From the IMG/VR virus record IMGVR_UViG_3300028585_000024, positions 1 through 63,331 of that record: a stretch of 63,331 bases of DNA; one strand, given 5' to 3'. The stretch is from a virus (taxonomy: Duplodnaviria > Caudoviricetes). This document shows positions 43,601-51,797 of the stretch, one piece after another. Within the stretch, counting starts at the first letter, position 1, and each line of letters begins with the position of its first letter. The position numbers and the translations under genes are program-made. The notes below the pieces were generated by a model that was given only the letters and a program-made list of their open reading frames with translations, did not search any database and was not told where the DNA came from.

Positions 43601-45374
43601 CCGAGCGAGCCGCGATAGCGAATTTCGTGAATGCCGGCGCGATACGCTGGAACACGAAGCCGATCCGGTCGGCCTGCTTTTCCAGGTAGGCGTAATCGAG
43701 GCCGGCCTGGCGCGCATCGCCGCCGTTCGCGATCAGCAGGCGCGACATGATCGCCTGGTTCGCCTTGTAGCTGTTGATCGTCGACGAGGCCAGGTTGATC
43801 GAGGCGTTCAGGCCGACGAAGCTGGCACCGAGGGCGAGCACTTCGCCGCGCAAGCGCTGCGCGAACGACAGGGTTGTCCGGCCATTGGCGCCGCCGAACC
43901 AGTTGAAGATCCGCGAGCCAGCGTCGCCCGCTGCGGCGCCATTGCGGCGATGCGCCTCGGTCAGCGAGTTGAGCGCCTGGGTTGCGCGGTTGGCCTGGGC
44001 CACCAAGTCCGCCTCGGCTTGCGTGAGGTTGCGCGTGTCGACGCCGGCCTGCTGAAGCGCGAGGCGTGCGGCGCGAGCCTGGGTCGTCAGGTTGCCGAGA
44101 TTCTGCGCGGCCTGCTGCATGGTGCGCTGGGCTTGCGCGAGGCGGGTGGTGATGTCCTCGCCGGCCGCGCCCGACCGCATTTCCGCGATCAGGGCGTTCA
44201 CCGCCACGCGGGACTGCCCGTATTCGTAACGAGCGGCCCGTACAGCCACGATCTGACGCTGGTAGGCATCCACCTGGCCCGCGACCGTCAAAAGCGCCTG
44301 CTGGGCGCGTTTCGTCTCGTCCAGGGCGCCTCGGTAGTCGCGCACCGGCCCACGGATCTCGCGCACGCGGCGTTCGAGGCCGACCAGGGCGTTCTCGATG
44401 CCCGAGATCGAGCGCACGGCGGCGTCGGCCGGGTTGGCGATATCGCGCAGTTGGTTCGACAGATCCGGCATCTGGACCGGCGTGCGGCCACGCGCTTGAA
44501 CCAGCGAGGCGCGCATCATGCGTTCGGCTTGATCGGCGGCGGCGCGCAAGGCCAACTGCTGCGCACGGAGCGCGGCGTTTTTCTTGTTGATCTCTTCGGT
44601 CGCCTTGCGTTCGGCGTTGGCGAACAGCACGTCGACCTCGACCTGGCGTTCGCGGTTGGCGATGTTCGCGGCCGTGTTGGCGTCGCGCTGCGCATCAGCC
44701 GTGGCCTTCAGTTGGCGGGCCAGGTCGCGCTCGGCCTGAGCGAAGATGTTGTCGACGCGGACCTGAGTTTCACGCTGCGCGATGGCGGCGTTTGCGGCTG
44801 CGCGGCGTGCGGCATCGCTGTCGGTTGCGTTGATCGCGCGCTCCTGCCGTTCGAGCGCAGCGTTCGCGCCGGCCACGGCATCGCGGATCTTCTGTTGGGA
44901 TGCGGCCAGGTTTGCGGCGGTGATGCCGAACTCGCCCATGCGCTGCGCGGTCTTGCCGACGTTGGCCTCGGTGCGCGCGTATTGCTTCTCGACGCTGGCG
45001 AGTGCGCGACCCAGCTTGTTCAGTTCGTCCTGTTGCTTCTTCGTGCGGTCGGAGCCGGCCGGCAGGGAATCGGCGTATGCCTTCTGTGCTTCGCGGGCCG
45101 CGTCGACCTTCGCCTTCAGTTCGGCCAGGGTCTTGTTCTGCGACTCGTACAGCTTCGTGAGGGACTGCTGGGATAGCAGCGCCTTCGCCGCATCTTCGAG
45201 TTTCTTGTATGAGGCTTCCAGGGCCGCGACGTTCGTGGTGCCTTTCTTGGCGCTCTCGATCTGCGCGTCTTGGGCCTTGGTCATTTCCTTCAGGGCGTCG
45301 ACCACTTTCTCCATTGGTTGCTTGGAGTAGTTGGTCGCCCTGATTCGGAGTTCTACGTCTTGATGGTCAGCCAT
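40632..45374 (-). CDS. tape measure protein
   Basis: 1580 aa, Ala-rich helical; [24 protein letters not shown] tape-measure domain. Confidence 0.95.
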   Translation of the reverse strand: [1580 protein letters not shown]

Positions 45375-45696
45375 CGGTCAGCCTTTTGAGTTGATCGTTA
45401 AAGTTCTTCACGCCCTTGCCGTCGAGCGATAGAACTGCAACGATGGCCGACTGGATCAAGGACGCTTCGGTTGCTATCTTGGAGTTGATGCGTTCGCGGA
45501 CTATTTCAGCCTCAATCCATAGTTTCGACAGCGGGTAATGGTTGGCGTGTATCTGACCTTCAGAGATCAGCAAACTCGCCGACGAGCGGAGCGACCTATG
45601 GAATCGCTCGGCCCGCGTCAGGTGCTCAAGCCCTCGCTCGCCGCTTTGGGGCGAAGACTCGTTACCATCTGCATTAGGCTGTCGAGGAATTTTTTT
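45367..45696 (-). CDS. tail assembly chaperone, -1 frameshift extension (gpT-like)
   Basis: open -1 frame from the A AAA AAA site (45696-45690) to the tape measure start. Confidence 0.75.
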   Translation of the reverse strand, partial: KKIPRQPNADGNESSPQSGERGLEHLTRAERFHRSLRSSASLLISEGQIHANHYPLSKLWIEAEIVRERINSKIATEASLIQSAIVAVLSLDGKGVKNFNDQLKRLTDG

Positions 45697-46055
45697 GCGC
45701 CGCCCGCTTCCTCGAAGGTGAGATTGATGATGCAGCGAACACATTCGACTTGCAGCGGGAGCGGGAATTTCTCGGCGTGCTCGATGTGCTCTTGCGGCGA
45801 GTCCGATGCCAGCACGATCAGTTGAGCGACCATGCCGGGCGCCTCCTGCACGATCTTGATGGCGAAGTTCGCGGATTGGGAAATTGCGGTCTCGCGAGTT
45901 TCGACGTTATCGTACATATCGAACAGCTTCGAGAGTTCGGCCATGTGGCCGCGCATCAGGGTTGAGAAGTCGTTCAGGGACAAGCCGCGAAAGGACAGCG
46001 ACTCGCCCCGAAACATCACTTCATCGCGTGGGATCAGAATATTTGCGAGTGACAT
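45618..46055 (-). CDS. tail assembly chaperone (gpG-like)
   Basis: between major tail and tape measure; contains a slippery heptamer. Confidence 0.8.
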   Translation of the reverse strand: MSLANILIPRDEVMFRGESLSFRGLSLNDFSTLMRGHMAELSKLFDMYDNVETRETAISQSANFAIKIVQEAPGMVAQLIVLASDSPQEHIEHAEKFPLPLQVECVRCIINLTFEEAGGAKKFLDSLMQMVTSLRPKAASEGLST

Positions 46056-46070
46056 TTCGGGGCTTCCTTA

Positions 46071-46913
46071 TTACGGGGTGGTGACGGCCGGCGTTGCGTC
46101 GGCAGGGTGGGCTTCGATGTAGACGCGCTCGGTCACGTTGTCCAGCTTCAGGACTTCGTAGTTGAACGACATGGTTTGCCATTCGTCGCCCTTCAGCGCG
46201 TAGTCACCGTTCGCGGTGATGGTGACATAAGGCCACAGGTAGTCGTTGCGCGAGCCGACCGGGTTGGTCGAATCGAAGCGCAGGCGACCACGGATCTGAT
46301 CGCCCTTAGCGATGATGATGGTGCGGGTCGTCGCTTCCTGGTCGTAGGTCACACGCAGCACGTCATTGTTGTCGATATCCGGTGCGTCCGGCTCGATGTA
46401 CAAGCGGCCACGGTCCAGGTCGATTTCGACGTTGCCGTCCAGTTCGGCCAGTTCGGTGACGACTGGTGGATCTTGCGGGGTGGCGCCTGGGGCCACGATG
46501 GCGACCTTCACGTTGTCGATCTTGCGCGCACCCATCGGGTTGTCCGCAGTCGCGCCGATCTGGTGGTAGCGGCCACGGACAGCGGAGAAGTCCGCATCCA
46601 CGATTGCGGTGCCGGCCAGGATCGCGGAGCGGTCGACTGGGCCGCCGAACCACATTGCGATGTTTTCCGGCTCGATGCTGTCGAGGGTGAAACTGCCGCC
46701 CATCGAATTGCTGATGGTGATCGACTCGTCCTTGACGTTCATGCCTTCATCCGCGTCGATGTGATCCAGCGTCTCCTGCTCGCGGGTCTGCGTGAGTTCC
46801 GGCGAGTTGCCGAGGTAGCGTTCGCCCATCGTGCTCACCTTCGAGCCTGGGGCGAACATTGCAAAGGACAATTTGCCTTTGCCGATCACATAATTTTTGC
46901 CTGGACCTGCCAT
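46071..46913 (-). CDS. major tail protein
   Basis: NYVIGKGKL, ERYLGNSPE, GDYALKGDEWQ motifs; synteny. Confidence 0.85.
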   Translation of the reverse strand: MAGPGKNYVIGKGKLSFAMFAPGSKVSTMGERYLGNSPELTQTREQETLDHIDADEGMNVKDESITISNSMGGSFTLDSIEPENIAMWFGGPVDRSAILAGTAIVDADFSAVRGRYHQIGATADNPMGARKIDNVKVAIVAPGATPQDPPVVTELAELDGNVEIDLDRGRLYIEPDAPDIDNNDVLRVTYDQEATTRTIIIAKGDQIRGRLRFDSTNPVGSRNDYLWPYVTITANGDYALKGDEWQTMSFNYEVLKLDNVTERVYIEAHPADATPAVTTP

Positions 46914-46962
46914 GGTGTTTTCTCCAAAAAGAAAGGGTGATAAAAGGTTTTGCGAGCGGTGC

Positions 46963-47502
46963 TTACTCGCCGATCTCTCTTACCGCGACACCGAAGTAGA
47001 TCGCGATATAGAAGAACGCATTATTCGCAACGCCTGCCTCGGGTGGACGGATGATAGGCGCGACGATTTCAACGGAGGTGATTTTACCACCGAGCATGTA
47101 GTGCTCCGGGTACATCGGGTCGCCCCGCTTCTCGGCCATGATGCGGTGCAGCCGGCGTTCCACGTCCTGGCAGAGATAGTAGATATCGTCCGACCCGTTC
47201 TCGTCGCGGCGGCTGTCGGCGGTCATGCCTTGCACGAGGATCGTCCACTGATCCTTGCGGGCTTCGCGCTCGTTGCCGGCGAACGAATTGATGCCGGCGC
47301 GCGGCGCTTCAAGGATGGACACGGCCGGCAAGTTCGGACGCTCGTTCACGTCGGCGCCGAGCAGCGTGCGGTTGCGGTACACCTTGCCAGCCAGGGTGTA
47401 GGCGTAGCCTGCATCTTCGGCCACACCTTCGAGCAGGGCTTGCAGGGCTTTCATGATCGCCAGGCGCTTCGGCACCGGGCGGTCGGGGAATGAATTGTTC
47501 AT
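46963..47502 (-). CDS. tail terminator-like protein
   Basis: ATG 47502 with GAGG RBS; position before major tail. Confidence 0.65.
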   Translation of the reverse strand: MNNSFPDRPVPKRLAIMKALQALLEGVAEDAGYAYTLAGKVYRNRTLLGADVNERPNLPAVSILEAPRAGINSFAGNEREARKDQWTILVQGMTADSRRDENGSDDIYYLCQDVERRLHRIMAEKRGDPMYPEHYMLGGKITSVEIVAPIIRPPEAGVANNAFFYIAIYFGVAVREIGE

Positions 47503-48080
47503 CGGATGAACCTCGTGAGTTGACGGAAGAATTCGGCTTGCAACATGCGGCCGACCGGATCGGCGATGTCCTCGGATACGTCGCGGAACACCTGGTCGAC
47601 GGATGGACCGTACAGCAGGGCCACCTTGCCCGGTACGAGCCAGCGCGTCGTGCCTGTTTTGTTGTCGATGGACTGGCCCGGCTTGAGGCGTACGGCCAGG
47701 CCAAGATTCCCGTTTCGCAGTTTGACGAGCCAAGCCTTTTTCAGCAGGGTCGATGCGCCGCGTTTCACCTGTACGCGCACGCCTACGCGAGCACGCGATC
47801 CGAGGGTCGTCGACGAGTCTGCGAAGCGGGCAAGGCTGGTGGCGCGCTGGCGTGCGCCGATGACGGCCTCCAGGTCGCCCTGCCTCGCCAGCTTCGTGAC
47901 GCGCAGGTTGTCGCCGGTAAGGTAGTCTTTTGGGAAGTTGATCTGCGCGAGAATGTCGTTGCGCGCCAGCTTCAGCGCGCCACGATTAGCGACAGTGTTG
48001 ATCGAGAGTTGCGCGGCCTTGTCGACCTCGCGGGGGAGCCGTTGAATGAACTCAGCGGTCTCAAGTAGTGAGAGGGCCAT
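47499..48080 (-). CDS. minor tail/neck protein (gpZ-like)
   Basis: basic protein with LYGPSVDQVF; synteny. Confidence 0.7.
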   Translation of the reverse strand: MALSLLETAEFIQRLPREVDKAAQLSINTVANRGALKLARNDILAQINFPKDYLTGDNLRVTKLARQGDLEAVIGARQRATSLARFADSSTTLGSRARVGVRVQVKRGASTLLKKAWLVKLRNGNLGLAVRLKPGQSIDNKTGTTRWLVPGKVALLYGPSVDQVFRDVSEDIADPVGRMLQAEFFRQLTRFIR

Positions 48081-48438
48081 GGTAGCGTCCGACGTGCCAG
48101 ATCTCTCGCGCGGCTTCGGACTTGGGATCGCGGGTGCTGGCCTCAAGGACGGCGCCGCCGAAGTATGCGGCGGTTAGCTGAATGCGATCACCGCGACGGA
48201 TCTGAATGGCTTTCTCGGCCAGGTCGGCAGCATCGAAAATCAGCTTGTCGACGGTGTCGATACTCAGCGCGTATTCGCCGTTCAGATCCCCGGTGTTCAC
48301 AATTTGATTGTGCCAACGAACCCGCAGCGGCACCGGGACCACCGTATCATCGCGGCCCAGGTACAGCGCCTCTACAGCCAGCGTGTCGTGGACTGCGCGA
48401 TGAAGGGTGGCCTTGGCCGCTGCGAAGTTGAAGCCCAT
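48061..48438 (-). CDS. head-tail joining protein (gpFII-like)
   Basis: size and synteny after capsid. Confidence 0.6.
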   Translation of the reverse strand: MGFNFAAAKATLHRAVHDTLAVEALYLGRDDTVVPVPLRVRWHNQIVNTGDLNGEYALSIDTVDKLIFDAADLAEKAIQIRRGDRIQLTAAYFGGAVLEASTRDPKSEAAREIWHVGRYHGPLTT

Positions 48439-48440
48439 GA

Positions 48441-48785
48441 TTACAGGTCGTCGTCGCCGACTTTAGGATCAGCCTTGCTGCCCGCCTTTGCAGGAGCAGG
48501 GTTCTTGCCGGTGCCGGTGGTTGGCGAGGTAGCCGCGCCCTTCGGTGCAGGAACCGATGCGTCCAGGTTGGCCGCACTGTCGCCAGCGTTCACGACGCCG
48601 CCGAGGTTCACGTTGGTAACGGTCTCTTCTTCGTTGACCGTCTTGCGCAGCGCGTCCTTGCCGCCAGTGGCTTCGATTTCCTTGATCTGCGCGGTGGTCA
48701 GTTCATAGGTTTTGCCTGGCTTCAGGACTTGGCGTTTGCCGTCGATGTGCATGACGATGGACATGGTGGGAATGCGTTTTGGCAT
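48441..48785 (-). CDS. small protein after capsid gene (gpFI position; ends GDDDL)
   Basis: GGAGA RBS; low-complexity C-terminal half. Confidence 0.6.
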   Translation of the reverse strand: MPKRIPTMSIVMHIDGKRQVLKPGKTYELTTAQIKEIEATGGKDALRKTVNEEETVTNVNLGGVVNAGDSAANLDASVPAPKGAATSPTTGTGKNPAPAKAGSKADPKVGDDDL

Positions 48786-48815
48786 GGTAGTTCTCCGAGA
48801 ATAAAAAGGATGGTG

Positions 48816-48836
48816 AAAGGCCGGGTTTCCCCGGCC
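48816..48836 (-). terminator. hairpin/terminator after major capsid gene
   Basis: GGCCGGG-GAAA-CCCGGCC-TTT. Confidence 0.7.
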
Positions 48837-48845
48837 CGGTTGCTA

Positions 48846-49916
48846 TTACGGGGTGACTGGCGGCGCGACCGTGATCTTGAAGGTCGCGTTGGTCTCGCGT
48901 GGGACCATCAGCGGAGCCGATTGCGTCAGCAGATATTCTTGCGACGGATCTTGTTCACGCCAGTTTTTGAAGAAGCGGTCGACGGCGCGATAGCCGGCTT
49001 CAGCGTCCATGATGCCGCCGAAGCAGCGCACGCCGTCCATCATGTCGGACACGCCCACCACGTCGTTCTCGCCCAGGTGGTACGCTTCCTCGCCGGTTTC
49101 CGGGTCGATGTACTTCGACGAATCGACGTAGAACTCCATCTTGCCTTGACCGTTCAGGCCGGCGATGGAACCCATGTATTCGATGGTGTCGTCGTAGCCG
49201 TCGCTGATGAGGGTCACACTGGTGTTCTGGCCGCGACCAGCGTACTCCAGGCGCATCATTTCCTTCAGGTCGACGCGCTGGCAGAACAGTTCCCAGGCGT
49301 TGGTGCCGAAGTAGTATTTGCTGATGCGGGCGCCGAACGAGAACTGGTTCGCAGCCTGGCGCATTTCGCGCAGATCTTGCAGCGGATTGCCGGTCGGCTC
49401 GTCCCAGGTTGCGGCGCCGGTCAGCACGCGGGTCAGTTCCGCATTGCGGCGGAAGTCGACCAGGGTTTCAGGGTAGTCTTCACCCTTGATCGTGACCTTG
49501 CCGTCGATGGTCGCGCGAGCGGCCAGCCAGTTCCAGGTGTTTTCGATCTTGACGTTCTGGCGACGGATCAGTTCAGCGATCACGGCGTTGCGGCGTTGGT
49601 CGACGGTCAGCGAGCCACCGATTGCTTCACCAGCCTGGCGGGTGATGTGCATCGTGTAATCCACCACGTCCTTTTGCTTGGAATAGGCCGGGGTGAAGGT
49701 GTCCATCTGGAAGCCGTCGAGGCGCTGCGGACGACCAGCGACGTTAGGCACGACGAACGGTGCCAGCTTGCGGTCTTCACCGAACACGCGCTCGAACAGG
49801 ATCTTGCGACCGTCGAAGTTGATCTGGCTCTTGTAGAAGTTGGTCAGCCAGAAGCGAGGCGAGGTTTTGATCTGGCGCTGAACCGCTTGCAGCGTAAAGA
49901 GATCGTAGAGGTCCAT
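48846..49916 (-). CDS. major capsid protein (lambda gpE family)
   Basis: RKLAPFVVP, FTPAYSK.K, LLTQSAPLMVP motifs. Confidence 0.9.
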   Translation of the reverse strand: MDLYDLFTLQAVQRQIKTSPRFWLTNFYKSQINFDGRKILFERVFGEDRKLAPFVVPNVAGRPQRLDGFQMDTFTPAYSKQKDVVDYTMHITRQAGEAIGGSLTVDQRRNAVIAELIRRQNVKIENTWNWLAARATIDGKVTIKGEDYPETLVDFRRNAELTRVLTGAATWDEPTGNPLQDLREMRQAANQFSFGARISKYYFGTNAWELFCQRVDLKEMMRLEYAGRGQNTSVTLISDGYDDTIEYMGSIAGLNGQGKMEFYVDSSKYIDPETGEEAYHLGENDVVGVSDMMDGVRCFGGIMDAEAGYRAVDRFFKNWREQDPSQEYLLTQSAPLMVPRETNATFKITVAPPVTP

Positions 49917-49955
49917 GTTTTTACTTTCTATCTAAGGTTGTGAACGATCTGCGGA

Positions 49956-50363
49956 TCAGATCAGATGGGCGACTTTGAGGATCGTGCCGGTGAAGAACGC
50001 CTTGCGCTCCGCGTAGGTGTCGAACGCGGTGCCTGCCGGCCAGATCAGCGCTTCGTGGTTGAAGCGGCCTTCAGCGAAGTACGGGGTCGACATGCCAGCG
50101 GTGACAGGCTGGGCCACGACCACGGCTTGCGTGGCTTCGTGGGTGCCTGGCACGAAGCGCACCAGTTGACCGAGCGTGGCGCCAGCGGCAGTCTCCAGCG
50201 CAGCGATCTCGTATTTCTGGAAAGCGACGGCAGCGATTGCAGCGTCGGTGACGACTTGCGCGCCGCCGATCCACAATTGGAATGGACCGCCGCGTGCGGC
50301 GAGGACTTCGGCACCGGCCAGATCCGAGCGCGGATCGAGCGGGCGTTGTTCGAGTTCAGCCAT
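49956..50363 (-). CDS. head decoration protein (gpD-like)
   Basis: between protease and capsid; YFAEGRFNHEALIWP. Confidence 0.8.
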   Translation of the reverse strand: MAELEQRPLDPRSDLAGAEVLAARGGPFQLWIGGAQVVTDAAIAAVAFQKYEIAALETAAGATLGQLVRFVPGTHEATQAVVVAQPVTAGMSTPYFAEGRFNHEALIWPAGTAFDTYAERKAFFTGTILKVAHLI

Positions 50364-50426
50364 GTTTTTCTCCTAAAGGTATGGCGTTAATGGGTTGGAT
50401 TGCTTCGCTTCGTTCCGGTCTGCGAA

Positions 50427-50879
50427 TTACTTCGCGGCCTTCTCGCCGACCTTGTGGCCGGTTGCCTGTTGGTAGTCGTTCAGGATCGACATATGCTTCG
50501 GCACGTCGCCGTTCGCTGCCGCCGCTGCTGCGGAATCTGCACCGACGTTCGGCTGCGCGGTTGCAGCCATTGCCTGCTCCAGCGCGTTCGTCGCCGCTAC
50601 TGGCGCTGCCGGTGCTGCGGCTGCGTCCTTGCCGGCGACAGCCAGCATGCCCTTCGCGTCTTCCAGGGACATGCTGGTGTTGAAGGCCAGGTGGTTCGCC
50701 AGCGACGAGCGGCCCTTGGCTTCTTCGCAGCCGGTGATGCCGGCGATGCGTTCGCGTTCGGCTTTCTGGACCGATGCTTGATCGACCACGCCAGGCGCCG
50801 CTGCCGGGGTTGCCGCTGCTGCGGTTGCCGCTGCTGGAGTTGCTGCTGCCGCTGCTGCGGCTTGTTCTGCGGTGCTCAT
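50427..50879 (-). CDS. nested scaffolding protein (Nu3-like), in frame with the protease
   Basis: internal AAGGA RBS before ATG 50879 (MSTAEQAAA). Confidence 0.7.
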   Translation of the reverse strand: MSTAEQAAAAAAATPAAATAAAATPAAAPGVVDQASVQKAERERIAGITGCEEAKGRSSLANHLAFNTSMSLEDAKGMLAVAGKDAAAAPAAPVAATNALEQAMAATAQPNVGADSAAAAAANGDVPKHMSILNDYQQATGHKVGEKAAK

Positions 50880-51797
50880 ATTTTCATCCTTTTGCGTCGA
50901 GAGTTGAGTATCGGATTTGTCGGTGTTCGCCGACTCTTCGTCCTTGATTTGTTGCAGCACGGCGGATGGTACTGCAATTGCATGCACCAGGCCGAGTTCG
51001 AGAGCGTCGTCGGCCCGGTACGTGCGCGCCTCGGTATTATGAACGATCTTGCTGTCCAAGCCGAGGTTGCGCGCCACGAGCGCGACGAATTTGCCACGCG
51101 ACTTGTCGACGCTGGCCTGAATGTCGGCCTTCACTTCTGCCGACAATGCCTCGTACGGATTGCCGTCGACCTTGTGATCGCCCGAGTGGATGAACGTGAT
51201 GACGACCCCGAATTTATCGAGCGCCTTGCTCATGTCGACGTGCATTGCGACCACGCCGATGCTGCCCACGCCAGCGCTCGGGATCACGTACAACTTCGTT
51301 GCGGCCGACGCCAAAGCGAACGACGCGGAGTAGCAATTCGAGTCGACGACCGCGTAAGTCGGTTTGACAGTGCGAGAGTTGTAGATGTCGTCGGCCAGTT
51401 CAAAACAGCCGGCCGCTTCGCCGCCGTACGAGTTGTGATCGTGAACGATCAGCTTCACGTCCGGGTCCATCAGCGCGGCGTTGTGCTGGGCGCGAATGAA
51501 GTTGTAGCCAGTGACCCAGCCGTAGGTGCTGCCGAAGCGGTTGATGAGGGTGCCATGGACCGGGATGATCGCAACGCCATCGGCGAACGCGAACGGCTTG
51601 CTCTGCTCACGACGCGAGAAGCCATAGGCTTCGCACAGTTCGGCGCGCTGGTGGTTCAGGAAGCGCTCGTGCGCCTCTTGCGGGTTCGTGGCGCCCATTC
51701 GCATCATGTCGTCGGCCAGGCCGGTGTAATGCGGTGCAATGAACTGCTCGCGCATGTTCATCCGCGAAAGCGCCGCGTGCATTGCTGTGTCACTCAT
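50427..51797 (-). CDS. S49 prohead protease with nested scaffold
   Basis: NSYGGE, CYSASFALAS, GSIGVV; Ala-rich C-terminal part with ERERIAGI. Confidence 0.9.
   Translation of the reverse strand: MSDTAMHAALSRMNMREQFIAPHYTGLADDMMRMGATNPQEAHERFLNHQRAELCEAYGFSRREQSKPFAFADGVAIIPVHGTLINRFGSTYGWVTGYNFIRAQHNAALMDPDVKLIVHDHNSYGGEAAGCFELADDIYNSRTVKPTYAVVDSNCYSASFALASAATKLYVIPSAGVGSIGVVAMHVDMSKALDKFGVVITFIHSGDHKVDGNPYEALSAEVKADIQASVDKSRGKFVALVARNLGLDSKIVHNTEARTYRADDALELGLVHAIAVPSAVLQQIKDEESANTDKSDTQLSTQKDENMSTAEQAAAAAAATPAAATAAAATPAAAPGVVDQASVQKAERERIAGITGCEEAKGRSSLANHLAFNTSMSLEDAKGMLAVAGKDAAAAPAAPVAATNALEQAMAATAQPNVGADSAAAAAANGDVPKHMSILNDYQQATGHKVGEKAAK

Noticed and set aside
41712-45176. 1154-aa plus-strand ORF and other long antisense ORFs (823-2562, 13182-15314, 50400-52004, 56333-58471)
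   Set aside because: Antisense shadows of high-GC genes; no RBS or recognisable motifs, and the opposite strand carries clear genes.
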